Shown here: positions 26,304-35,496 of the stretch, one piece after another
How the letters are laid out: every line of letters starts with the position of its first letter
How positions within the stretch are numbered: the first letter of the stretch is position 1
Assembly (NCBI GenBank): GCA_963834265.1
Contig: CAWIAU010000001.1
Location: 135,572 to 199,571 of the forward strand
Origin: an uncultured bacterium
GTDB taxonomy: Bacteria; Patescibacteriota; Saccharimonadia; Saccharimonadales; 2-12-FULL-41-12
Direction: 5' to 3'
Length of the DNA stretch: 64,000 nt
Made by a program: the position numbers and the translations under genes
The notes under the pieces: model-generated
The model's database searches: none
Seen by the model: the letters and a program-made list of their open reading frames with translations, nothing else
Told to the model about the DNA's origin: nothing

Positions 26304-26325
26304 AATGTAAGATAAAGGAGAAATT

Positions 26326-27522
26326 ATGAACAAACTATGGCAAGGTTCTGGCAGCGGAAAGCTACATCCGTTGATTGAGGCGTATACGGTAGGTGAGGAT
26401 TACCTGAGCGACCAACAGTTGCTGGGTTACGATATTCAGGCGAGTAAAGCGCATGGTTCAATGCTGCAGAGTATTGGTGTGTTGGATGCCGGCGAGCTGG
26501 ACAAGCTACTAGCTTCGCTTGATGAGCTGCAAAAGGAATGGGAACAGGGAAGATTTAAGATAGAACAGCATCAGGAAGACGGACATACGGCAATAGAGCA
26601 ATATTTGACAGATAAGCTGGGAGATATAGGTAAAAAACTGCATACCGGACGCAGCAGGAATGACCAGTCACTGGTCATGACCAGGCTGTATATGAAGGAA
26701 AATCTGAAAACGATACAGACGCTGGTAGATAATCTGTCAGCTGCGTATGCGAAGACTGCACAATCGGCCGGTACCACGCCTATGCCAGGCTATACACACC
26801 TGCAAAAAGCCATGCCCACGACGGTGGCAATCTGGCTGGATTCGTTTGCGGCGGCATTTACCGATATGAAATATCCGCTTCAGGCCGCGCAAACTGTAAT
26901 TGATCAGAACCCATTGGGCTCAGCTGCCGGCTTCGGCGTAAGTCTGGGCATTGACAGGGAACATACAACCAAAACGCTGGGCTTTGGCAAGGTTCAGGAA
27001 AACACCATGTACTGCGGCTTGTCCCGCGGGCTTTTTGAAGCGATTGCCGTGCAGTCACTCAGTCCGCTGATGGTTCTGGCTGGTAAATTTGCCCAGGACA
27101 TGCTGATGTTCACTACTGAAGAATTCGGGTTTTTCAGTCTGCCGGATACATTTACCACCGGGTCGTCGATAATGCCGCACAAACATAATTACGATTTGTT
27201 CGAGATCATGCGTGGTGAGGCGCACGCTTTCGGCTCGTATGTCCACCAGCTGGAATCAGTATCCGGTGCCATCGGCAGCGGATACCAGCGTGACCTGCAA
27301 TTAACCAAGGGTGTAACGTTGCATGCTTTCGGCGTCGCCAGGTCTACCCTGGGAGTCCTGTGCCTTGCTGTCGATAACCTGCAAATAAATAAAGACAAAC
27401 TCAAAGCCTCAATAACCAGCGAAATGCTCAGCGTCTCCGAGATCAATAAGTTGGTAGAACAGGGTATGCCATTCCGCGATGCCTATAACCAGATCAAACT
27501 CGAGCTCCACAAACTCGATTAG
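26326..27522 (+). CDS. argH: Argininosuccinate lyase
   Basis: 398 aa. TGRSRNDQ and the fumarate-lyase signature GSSIMPHKHN are present. AAAGGAG RBS. Confidence 0.88.
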   Translation: MNKLWQGSGSGKLHPLIEAYTVGEDYLSDQQLLGYDIQASKAHGSMLQSIGVLDAGELDKLLASLDELQKEWEQGRFKIEQHQEDGHTAIEQYLTDKLGDIGKKLHTGRSRNDQSLVMTRLYMKENLKTIQTLVDNLSAAYAKTAQSAGTTPMPGYTHLQKAMPTTVAIWLDSFAAAFTDMKYPLQAAQTVIDQNPLGSAAGFGVSLGIDREHTTKTLGFGKVQENTMYCGLSRGLFEAIAVQSLSPLMVLAGKFAQDMLMFTTEEFGFFSLPDTFTTGSSIMPHKHNYDLFEIMRGEAHAFGSYVHQLESVSGAIGSGYQRDLQLTKGVTLHAFGVARSTLGVLCLAVDNLQINKDKLKASITSEMLSVSEINKLVEQGMPFRDAYNQIKLELHKLD

Positions 27523-27684
27523 TCAGTGTCTGATTGACAGAACAAACTAAATAAAGTAAGCTTTTGATAAATAAAGACTAAAAAATAAAAAAACTTATTG
27601 ATTATTGAATAAAAATATATAAAGTTTTGATAATTTATGATAAAAAACTATAAATACGATAAATAGTGAATATAGTATAACGTT

Positions 27685-28632
27685 ATGGCAATAGCTCTGG
27701 AAATGGAAAGAGTTCACGGCAGTCCTGGCTTTGCAGCCATTGATCTGGTGGGCAAAGGCACCGAAGGAGAAGTTTATCTCCGGGACTTCCGGGCTCTTGA
27801 GGCTTCCCGCTTCGCAGTTGTGAAGATTGGAGGTGAAATGATCCGGAACCCTGATCAGCTCCAAAGAATTGCCTTAGGGATAGCATTTTTACAGGGACAA
27901 AGGCTTTATCCTGTAATTGTTCATGGCGGTGGAGTGCAAATTACTGATGGACTGGAAGAGGCAGGTATAGAATCGGATCGTATTGAAGGCAAGCGCGTAA
28001 CCAGTCTCGGCGGATCTCTGGTCGTGAAAACTGCTCTGGATGAAGTTAACCAACGTCTATGTGATGCAATTGAGGCATATGGCGGCCGGACGATCGGAAT
28101 ACGAAACCGTGTTTTTGGCGCTTCAATTGAAGATGGAGATAATCTTGGTCGTGTCGGGAAAGTTGATCGTGTGGATGCCTCACAAATCTTTGCCGCAACA
28201 TCAAATGAAAAAATTGCAGTGGTCAGCTGTGTCGGTAATTTAGCGCTTTCCGATATAAACTTTTTGCCTGTGCACCTTAATATTAATGGTGACACTGCAG
28301 CAGTTGCTTTGGCGGGTGCTCTCAAGCCACAAAAATTTATATCTCTAACAGAAAAAGGCGCGGTTCTGGACGCACAGGGAAACTGGATAAAATCCCTGAC
28401 TCACCAAGAAGCTGAGCAAATGATAGCAGACGGATCTCTCACAGATGGAATGCGGCTTAAAGTCTTAGAAGGGCTAAAGTTGCACGGTTTGGGTGTTCAT
28501 GATGCGGTTATTACCAGCCCCGCGAAGTTTCTTCTCGAGCTATTTACTGACGGTGTTAGCACAATCATGCGGTCTGATGAAACGGGCCCCGTACACATTC
28601 CGCCAAGGCTTAGATCAGCAAGATTGATATAA
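27685..28632 (+). CDS. argB: Acetylglutamate kinase-like amino-acid kinase
   Basis: 315 aa. VVKIGGEMI, PVIVHGGGVQI, GKRVTS and NINGDTAAVALAGAL match ArgB motifs. Confidence 0.75.
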   Translation: MAIALEMERVHGSPGFAAIDLVGKGTEGEVYLRDFRALEASRFAVVKIGGEMIRNPDQLQRIALGIAFLQGQRLYPVIVHGGGVQITDGLEEAGIESDRIEGKRVTSLGGSLVVKTALDEVNQRLCDAIEAYGGRTIGIRNRVFGASIEDGDNLGRVGKVDRVDASQIFAATSNEKIAVVSCVGNLALSDINFLPVHLNINGDTAAVALAGALKPQKFISLTEKGAVLDAQGNWIKSLTHQEAEQMIADGSLTDGMRLKVLEGLKLHGLGVHDAVITSPAKFLLELFTDGVSTIMRSDETGPVHIPPRLRSARLI

Positions 28633-28633
28633 T

Positions 28634-30289
28634 GTGCTTAAGATGAAAGAAGAGTACATAAAAAAGCTTGCTTCGGTTTGCGCTGAGCTTTTCAAAGAGG
28701 AAGTCAAAGTTGAGCTGACGCGGCCGGAAGAGCAATTCGGTGATTATTCTACCAATGTAGCAATGCGGCTGGCCGGGAAGCTGAATAAAAATCCACGGGA
28801 TGTCGCAGAGCAGATCATAGATAAGTTAAAGATGAATGCGTCGATTGCCGGCCCGGGGTTTATAAACATTCGTTTGAGCGATAAAGCGATTTTTGATTTT
28901 ACATTTCGGGCAACTGACTTATCCGAAACGCTGAGGGGTAAGACTGTAGTAGCTGAGTATTCGGATCCAAATCCGTTCAAGGCGCTTCATGCAGGACATC
29001 TATACACAAGTCTGGTGGGTGACGGCGTGTCTAATTTGCTGGAGACGGCAGGGGCAGTGGTAAAACGCGTTAATTTTGGCGGGGATGTAGGGCTCCATGT
29101 TGGCAAGGCGATGTGGGCAATACTGCAAAAACCTGAGGCCGAACATCCTGAAAAATTGCAGGATATTCCGGAAGACGAACGCGCTGGCTGGGTAAGTGAA
29201 CGCTATGTCGAGGGGCATACAGCTTATACCGAAAACGATCAGGTAAAAAAAGAAATTACAGAGGTAAATAAACGAGTTTATCAGGTTCATGCAGATCAGG
29301 ATAAAAACTCGCCATTTGCTCAAATTTATTGGACCTGCCGGCAATGGAGTTATGATGGCTTTGACCAACTATATAGGCGTCTCGGCATGAAGCCGTTCGA
29401 CAAATATTATCCTGAAAGCGCGGTTGATAGCCTGGGGCTTGAAACAATACGAAAGCACACAGGCACCGTATATGAGGAGTCAGAGGGTGCAATAATATTT
29501 CGTGGCGAGTCATTCGGCTTATTCACGCAGGTGTTTGTAAACAGCGAAGGTTTTACTACTTATGCCGGCAAAGACGTCGGACTTATTCAGCAAAAATATA
29601 TTGATTATCGCTACGATGTTTCGTTTATTATTACCGACTTTTCACAGAAAGATCATTTGAGTGTAGTTATGAGGAGCATTGAACAATATGAGCCGGAACT
29701 GGTTGCAAAAACCATTCATCATACGCATGGACGGATTAATTTTGCTGATGGTTCAAAAATGAGTAGTCGAAGCGGAAATGTGGTCATGGCGAATGATGTG
29801 ATTGATGCTACGTTCGCGGCAGCCAGAAGCAACGACGAACCGATCATTCTCGGCGCTATCCGGTATTCTTTTCTGAAAAACCGCATTGGGGGCAATATTG
29901 CCTATGATCCGGAAGAGTCGGTAGCTCAAGAAGGTAATAGCGGGCCATATCTGCAGTACGCCTTAGTGCGCGCGCGGAGTATTCTGGGCAAAGTGGAGGC
30001 TAAAAGCTCCGAAGTTACTATCGATTCTCTTGATCAGTATGAAAGAAGTCTGGCGCGCAAGCTCAGCATGTATGGCGAGGCCTTCGAGATGGCGCTGAAT
30101 GATTACTCGCCGCACCACATCGCAGTCTATCTTTATGAACTTGCGCAGATATTCAATCGATTTTATGAGAATAGCCGCGTAGAAGGTGACCCGCGCGAAG
30201 CTATAAGAGTACAATTAGTTCGTTCATATGAAAAAGTCCTGAGTCATGGTCTTGGTTTACTGGGAATGCCTGCACCGGAGAAGATGTAG
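28634..30289 (+). CDS. argS: Arginine--tRNA ligase
   Basis: 551 aa. HIGH-type motif HAGHLYTSLVGD, an anticodon-binding C-terminal domain, and a terminal M typical of ArgRS. The start could be GTG 28634 or ATG 28643. Confidence 0.92.
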   Translation: MLKMKEEYIKKLASVCAELFKEEVKVELTRPEEQFGDYSTNVAMRLAGKLNKNPRDVAEQIIDKLKMNASIAGPGFINIRLSDKAIFDFTFRATDLSETLRGKTVVAEYSDPNPFKALHAGHLYTSLVGDGVSNLLETAGAVVKRVNFGGDVGLHVGKAMWAILQKPEAEHPEKLQDIPEDERAGWVSERYVEGHTAYTENDQVKKEITEVNKRVYQVHADQDKNSPFAQIYWTCRQWSYDGFDQLYRRLGMKPFDKYYPESAVDSLGLETIRKHTGTVYEESEGAIIFRGESFGLFTQVFVNSEGFTTYAGKDVGLIQQKYIDYRYDVSFIITDFSQKDHLSVVMRSIEQYEPELVAKTIHHTHGRINFADGSKMSSRSGNVVMANDVIDATFAAARSNDEPIILGAIRYSFLKNRIGGNIAYDPEESVAQEGNSGPYLQYALVRARSILGKVEAKSSEVTIDSLDQYERSLARKLSMYGEAFEMALNDYSPHHIAVYLYELAQIFNRFYENSRVEGDPREAIRVQLVRSYEKVLSHGLGLLGMPAPEKM

Positions 30290-30925
30290 ATGAGCAAGAA
30301 GCAGAAAAAAGCAGTTATTTTTGATTTTGACGGCACCTTGGCCGATACTGAGGGTTTGCTTAGCGAAATATATAATGAGCTGGCCACCAAAAACAAGTGG
30401 CAAAAGCTGAATAACCGGGGGTATAGACAGCTTTTTACGGCAACGATACTGCATGCGCTGCGATGGAGTCGCTTTCGTCCCTGGCGATTTTTTTATCTGG
30501 TGCGTCAGAGCAGGAAGCATCTGCACACAGAAGCCGGGCGCATCAGTCTTTTCAAAGGCATACCGAAGCTCGTCAGGGACCTTGAAAAGGCCGGTTATGA
30601 CCTTTATGTGCTGAGCAATAACGTATCGACCACTATCAATCTGGTACTGACACACCGCGAAATTATTGATAAGCTCATTGTTCTGGAGAAACCGATCTTT
30701 CTTCGAAAGCATGTGCGAATCAACGAGCTGGTTAAGCGAAAAAGCTATGAGCGCAGCAATGTCTGGATGGTCGGCGACGAAAAGCGCGATGTTCGGGCCG
30801 GACAAAAGGCAGGGGTGGCCACGATCGCGGTAACCTGGGGGCTGCAAAACAAAGGAGTTCTGCGAAAAACCCGTCCTACGCATATTGTTAATAACCCCTC
30901 CGGGATTGCCAAAATACTGATTTAG
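30290..30925 (+). CDS. HAD family hydrolase
   Basis: 211 aa with canonical motif I VIFDFDGTLADT and a later GDEKRDV. Confidence 0.75.
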   Translation: MSKKQKKAVIFDFDGTLADTEGLLSEIYNELATKNKWQKLNNRGYRQLFTATILHALRWSRFRPWRFFYLVRQSRKHLHTEAGRISLFKGIPKLVRDLEKAGYDLYVLSNNVSTTINLVLTHREIIDKLIVLEKPIFLRKHVRINELVKRKSYERSNVWMVGDEKRDVRAGQKAGVATIAVTWGLQNKGVLRKTRPTHIVNNPSGIAKILI

Positions 30926-30958
30926 CGTTAGTTTAAGATTAATCCGGAGGAGATAACT

Positions 30959-31405
30959 ATGAGTGATAATTCTACAGATAAACCAACCAAAGCCCGTATA
31001 GCGCAATCTGCAGCAGCCAAGGCAGCTGCTTCGGCACGGGCGACAGCACTCAAACAAGCCTCCGCCGCACGCAGTGTGCCCTCCCGTGAGGCCGAAGGCT
31101 TCATGAACTTTATCCGCAGCCAGGGAGTCATTGGTCTGGCAGTTGGTTTGGTGCTGGGTACACAGATCAAAACACTGGTTGACCAGTTACTTGCCAGCTT
31201 TGTGAATCCTCTGCTCGGTATCTTCCTGCCGGGAGAAGGAGACCTGAGCCAAAAGAAATTTACACTCAACACATTAGGGGAAACAGCAGTTTTCGCATGG
31301 GGACAATTCGCCTATGTTTTAATGAGTTTTATGATAGTGGCTGCTATCATCTACTACATTATCAAGGCCCTGAAGCTCGATAAGCTGGACTATAAAAAAG
31401 ATTAA
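30959..31405 (+). CDS. mscL: Large-conductance mechanosensitive channel MscL with an Ala-rich N-terminal extension of about 45 aa
   Basis: FMNFIRSQGVIGLAVGLVLGTQIKTLVDQLLASFVNPLLG aligns to the MscL TM1 region. The TM2 and C-terminal helix layout is conserved. Confidence 0.85.
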   Translation: MSDNSTDKPTKARIAQSAAAKAAASARATALKQASAARSVPSREAEGFMNFIRSQGVIGLAVGLVLGTQIKTLVDQLLASFVNPLLGIFLPGEGDLSQKKFTLNTLGETAVFAWGQFAYVLMSFMIVAAIIYYIIKALKLDKLDYKKD

Positions 31406-31501
31406 TGTTTTGAGTAAGCATATATACCGAAGATAAAGAGTTATGCTTGACAAAAGCATAAGCCGGAGCGAGAATTCATTTATAACAATGGAGGTTTTAA
31501 A

Positions 31502-31798
31502 ATGGTTTTAGTACAAATTCTCAGGCGGAGAGACGCCAGTTCAATAATCATTGCCATAATTCTGGCAATTATTATCGGCCAGCTATTATCAATGATGACA
31601 GGAGACCTGGCAGCAACTTTGAGTGGTTTGAAAGAAGGAGAAGCGCCAATTTATAATCCTCCGGGGGCTGAATGGAAACAAATATATTTGTTTCCTGTAG
31701 TTTCTTCCGCATTGCAGATCATCCTGCTCGAAATACTGGCTCGCGCAACGATTATGATAAGCGCGAACATCAGCAAACCGGTCAATCACAGAAGATAA
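31502..31798 (+). CDS. Small hypothetical membrane protein (98 aa)
   Basis: GGAGG RBS and two TM helices. No family recognised. Confidence 0.5.
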   Translation: MVLVQILRRRDASSIIIAIILAIIIGQLLSMMTGDLAATLSGLKEGEAPIYNPPGAEWKQIYLFPVVSSALQIILLEILARATIMISANISKPVNHRR

Positions 31799-31848
31799 AT
31801 CGATTAAATCAGGTACAATGATAATAATATCGTTGTACGGGGTTTAGT

Positions 31849-33264
31849 ATGGATGATATAAAGCTGCGTAAAAGCGGTGCCGGCCACAATCCAAAATTTT
31901 TTGTGCCTCCCAGGGAGGCCGTACCTGCCTCGCGTCCCAGACCATTACCCGTACCTAAGCCCTTATCGCCGAAAGTCAGTGATAAAGAACGATTCAAACC
32001 AAAAATACCCCCGCCTCCGCAAAGCAGGCAGGTATCAGGTTTCTGGTCGCGTAAAAGGGTAATTATAGTGGTCATTATATTGCTGATTGTAGCTGGTATC
32101 GGCGGATATTTCGGTATATTGCGTCCGCGTCTTAACTCAAAGCCGTCTACTCCGGCAGTTGTAAACCAGCAACCCAGGCCCGAACCAAGTTCACAGCCAG
32201 AGCTACTAACCGGTAATTTCCGGATTGTTGCCACCGGTGACATCATCACTCACGACAGTGTCAACCAGAATGCCAGACAGCCTGATGGCAGCTATAAATA
32301 TGATGATATGTTCAGCGAAATAAAACCGGTATTTGCCAAATCAAAAACACGCATATGTCATAATACTGTACCGACGGGTGGAGCTTCGCTGGGCATCAGT
32401 GGCTATCCCAACTTCAATGCACCGGCGGAGCTTATTGATGGTCTGGCACTTAGCGGCTGTAATATCATGAGTCTGGCGAGTGACCATATAAATGACAAGG
32501 GTCAGGCTGGCATCGATGCCACGAGGGTTGCTATTGAAAAGCAAAAAACGATAACTGTTACTGCCGGAGCAAATCGCTCATTAGAAGAGCAGAACATCGA
32601 AAACACTTTTAATATTGGTGAGGGTGCACTAAAGTTCGGGTATTTATCATATACGACCAGGCAAGCTAACGGGACGGCTGCCTCTTTTGCAGTTAATGTT
32701 TATAACAAAGATATTGTTCGTCAACAGATTACGACAATGAAGACCAAGGCGGATTTTGTAATAGTCAGTATGTGCTGGGGCAGGGAAGACTCCGGGGATA
32801 TAATCGCCGAACAGGATCTGATTGCACAGGAGTTGGCCGATGCCGGTGCTGACATAGTATTGGGTCATTGTACGCATGTCGTACAGCCTGTAAAGCGTTT
32901 ACCCTCAGGTAACGGTAAAGAGACAGTTGTATATTACAGTTTGGGCAATGCTCTTAATTCGCAGTTACCACTCGAAACCCTGATTGGCGGCCTGGGTGTC
33001 ATAGATATCGACATTGCTACCAAAAAAATTACCAGCGTAGGAATGTTGCCAACGTACATGCATTATGAGTGGACTGCTGCACAAAAAGCTGCCAAAGCAC
33101 TGACAGGTCGTACCAATCTGAAACTGTACCCGCTTGATCAGGCAGCGGTACCGCTGGCCGCCTCACAGAATGGTACGACCGTCGAAGCTCAGACCCGGCG
33201 CATCAAAGAGATAACCAATCGATTTACGTTGACCAAAATCCTCACAACTGCTGACTTTCAATAA
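31849..33264 (+). CDS. CapA family (PGA_cap metallophosphatase-like) protein with N-terminal Pro-rich region and TM anchor
   Basis: 471 aa. FRIVATGDIITHDSV, LASDHINDKG and CWGREDS match CapA-family motifs. Confidence 0.75.
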   Translation: MDDIKLRKSGAGHNPKFFVPPREAVPASRPRPLPVPKPLSPKVSDKERFKPKIPPPPQSRQVSGFWSRKRVIIVVIILLIVAGIGGYFGILRPRLNSKPSTPAVVNQQPRPEPSSQPELLTGNFRIVATGDIITHDSVNQNARQPDGSYKYDDMFSEIKPVFAKSKTRICHNTVPTGGASLGISGYPNFNAPAELIDGLALSGCNIMSLASDHINDKGQAGIDATRVAIEKQKTITVTAGANRSLEEQNIENTFNIGEGALKFGYLSYTTRQANGTAASFAVNVYNKDIVRQQITTMKTKADFVIVSMCWGREDSGDIIAEQDLIAQELADAGADIVLGHCTHVVQPVKRLPSGNGKETVVYYSLGNALNSQLPLETLIGGLGVIDIDIATKKITSVGMLPTYMHYEWTAAQKAAKALTGRTNLKLYPLDQAAVPLAASQNGTTVEAQTRRIKEITNRFTLTKILTTADFQ

Positions 33265-33980
33265 CCAGGAGCAGCAGGCAGGTCGAAATGTTGTTCCAGA
33301 GTTTTGCCTGATTGTTTGATTTTACCCGCCAGGTCCGTTCCGACGTAGCGAAGATGCCACGGCTCGTATTGGTATCCTGTTATGGATTCCTGACCATCGC
33401 CATAACGGATGATAAAGCCGTACTCATGGGCGTGCGCGGCGAGCCATTGACCGGCCGGAGTACCACCAAAACATATCTCTAAATCACAGGTTCCGTCGCC
33501 TACGTCCACCCCCAGTCCGGTTTGGTGTTCGCTGTGGCGCGGCCGGGCACTGTAGCGATCGGCGGCTGCGACTCCGTCTCTTTTGACATAGGAATCATAT
33601 AAATTTTTCTGGGCTGCCTGGGACCGGTAGCCACTGATAAGTTTTAACCCGTGTCCGGCACCTTGCGCTCCCGCGAACAAGCTTGTGAGCTGGCCGCCAG
33701 CCTCCTTTCTCAGCGCGCCGCTTAAGTCACCCGGTACGAAACCATCGGGCAACGGTCGTTTTTTATTGATCACGACCTGGATACTGTTAGCGTCGATTGG
33801 AGCAGATGTAGCCACGGGCGGGTCGGGCGCTTTCGTAGGAGCTTGGGCAGTTGGTGGCTTTGACGCAGGAGTTGGAGCTTTGACATGCGAACCACCGAAT
33901 CCTACGACCAGGAGGAATATCAAGAGAATAAGTGCCATAAGTAGTAGTTTAACACGGTATTTTCGGAGGTATGTTTTCAT
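33258..33980 (-). CDS. D-alanyl-D-alanine carboxypeptidase, VanY/peptidase M15B family
   Basis: 240 aa. SGYRS, SEHQTGLGVDV and EPWHLRYVG motifs, with an N-terminal TM anchor. Confidence 0.85.
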   Translation of the reverse strand: MKTYLRKYRVKLLLMALILLIFLLVVGFGGSHVKAPTPASKPPTAQAPTKAPDPPVATSAPIDANSIQVVINKKRPLPDGFVPGDLSGALRKEAGGQLTSLFAGAQGAGHGLKLISGYRSQAAQKNLYDSYVKRDGVAAADRYSARPRHSEHQTGLGVDVGDGTCDLEICFGGTPAGQWLAAHAHEYGFIIRYGDGQESITGYQYEPWHLRYVGTDLAGKIKQSGKTLEQHFDLPAAPGY

Positions 33981-34013
33981 AGTTAAAGGGGTACTAGCGT
34001 ATAATAACCCGAT

Positions 34014-34556
34014 ATGATTAATAAAAATATGGTGCCCACCAAACTACTCTGGATTGATCTGGAAATGACCGGCCTGAATAGCGAAAAAGACGTAATTTTA
34101 GAAGTCGCAGCAGAAGTAACTGATTTCGAATTCAAAACACTTGCCAGTTATGAGGCTGTTATAAAACATCCGAACCGTGTTCTGAAAAACATGAACGACT
34201 GGTCGCGAACGCAGCATCAGGCCAGCGGCCTCACCGAGCGGATTAGAACTACAGGCAGGGAGGAAAAAGAAGTTATTCACGAGCTGATCGGTTTTATCAC
34301 AGCCGAGTTTGGCACCGAGCCAGCCGTGCTGGCCGGCAATTCCATCCATAATGACCGCAATTTTATAAAACGCTGGTGGCCCGAAGTCGACAGGCTCTTG
34401 CATTACCGGATGCTGGACGTCAGTAGCTACAAAATCCTGATGCAAGCCAAATACGGCGTGAATTTCCACAAAAAAGAAGTACACCGTGCCTTCGACGACA
34501 TTCAGGCGTCAATTGCCGAACTTCAATATTACTTAGGGGAAATAAAGAAAGACTAA
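34014..34556 (+). CDS. orn: Oligoribonuclease
   Basis: 180 aa. LLWIDLEMTGL..., GNSIHNDRNF and HRAFDDIQASIAEL align along the full length to Orn. Confidence 0.9.
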   Translation: MINKNMVPTKLLWIDLEMTGLNSEKDVILEVAAEVTDFEFKTLASYEAVIKHPNRVLKNMNDWSRTQHQASGLTERIRTTGREEKEVIHELIGFITAEFGTEPAVLAGNSIHNDRNFIKRWWPEVDRLLHYRMLDVSSYKILMQAKYGVNFHKKEVHRAFDDIQASIAELQYYLGEIKKD

Positions 34557-34903
34557 TGAAGCATAAGGAAGTTGAAGACTACGTGCTGAGTATGCCGGAT
34601 GCCGTGCTGGAATATCCCTTTGGCGAGGAAGTGGCTGTATATAAGGTGGGCGGCAAAATGTTCGCTTTGATAGCTGAGAAAACCGATCCTGTACGGATTA
34701 GCCTGAAGTGCGATCCCCAGTTGGCAGAAGTGTTACGGGAGAAGTACGAAACGATTATGGCTGGATATCACCTGAACAAAAAACACTGGAACACTATTAT
34801 CCTGACCGGTCAGTTACCGTGGGAAGAAGTGCAGGGGCTGATCCGTCACAGCTATGATCTGGTTGTCGGCAACGGCGGCGTAGTACCGGATTATTCCGGC
34901 TGA
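34556..34903 (+). CDS. MmcQ/YjbR family DNA-binding protein
   Basis: 115 aa. YPFGEEVAVYKVGGKMFAL ... HLNKKHWNTI. Confidence 0.75.
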   Translation: MKHKEVEDYVLSMPDAVLEYPFGEEVAVYKVGGKMFALIAEKTDPVRISLKCDPQLAEVLREKYETIMAGYHLNKKHWNTIILTGQLPWEEVQGLIRHSYDLVVGNGGVVPDYSG

Positions 34904-35496
34904 CTCGCTGATTTGGGAAGCAGGAAATTCATGCCGCTAAAGGCTGTCTGGAATGTTTTTTGCTCTGCTGGCGTCGAGGAATCATAGACTGATTTTGCTT
35001 GTTTTTGATAACTCGCAAGTTTTGTCTGTATGAGTTCGGTGAATGTCTGGTCAAACCGATTATTAGCTGTCGCATCCGCCAGTAAAGTATCAGACTTGGT
35101 ATTTTTGCCGCTGTTTAACACTTTATCGGGTGCTTTTGCCTTGCGGTTCTTCAGCGCCTGCTTAGTCGTTTGTTTCGCTGATTCTACAGAGAGCTGGGTG
35201 TTAATAGCCAGTGATTTGGTTTCGAGAGATGTTGCCTTACCCGCTCCGATTGCAGAGACACGGACAATTTCTGTCTGAGTCTGTGCCAGTTCAATCAGTT
35301 TTTGGTTCTGGGCCTGCCCGGCTTTATTGAAAAAGCTGACGACTACAATGATCAGAATTATAACTGTAATTGCTCCCAAAATTATCAATATGATACGTTG
35401 TTTCTTGTTAGGGCTAAACCCACTTACTGGCGCCTGACCAGGAGTAGTAATGAAGTCATAAGGATTTTGAGAGTTCTTATTCTGATTCGGAGGCAT
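34891..35496 (-). CDS. Hypothetical membrane-anchored protein (201 aa)
   Basis: N-terminal TM (IILIILGAITVIILIIVVVSFF) followed by a Gln/Lys/Thr-rich ectodomain. Confidence 0.55.
   Translation of the reverse strand: MPPNQNKNSQNPYDFITTPGQAPVSGFSPNKKQRIILIILGAITVIILIIVVVSFFNKAGQAQNQKLIELAQTQTEIVRVSAIGAGKATSLETKSLAINTQLSVESAKQTTKQALKNRKAKAPDKVLNSGKNTKSDTLLADATANNRFDQTFTELIQTKLASYQKQAKSVYDSSTPAEQKTFQTAFSGMNFLLPKSASQPE

Noticed and set aside
30257-31057. 266-aa minus-strand ORF antisense to the HAD hydrolase gene
   Set aside because: The plus-strand gene has a canonical DFDGT motif and is tightly packed after argS. The antisense product is Cys/Arg/Leu-rich with no recognisable fold.
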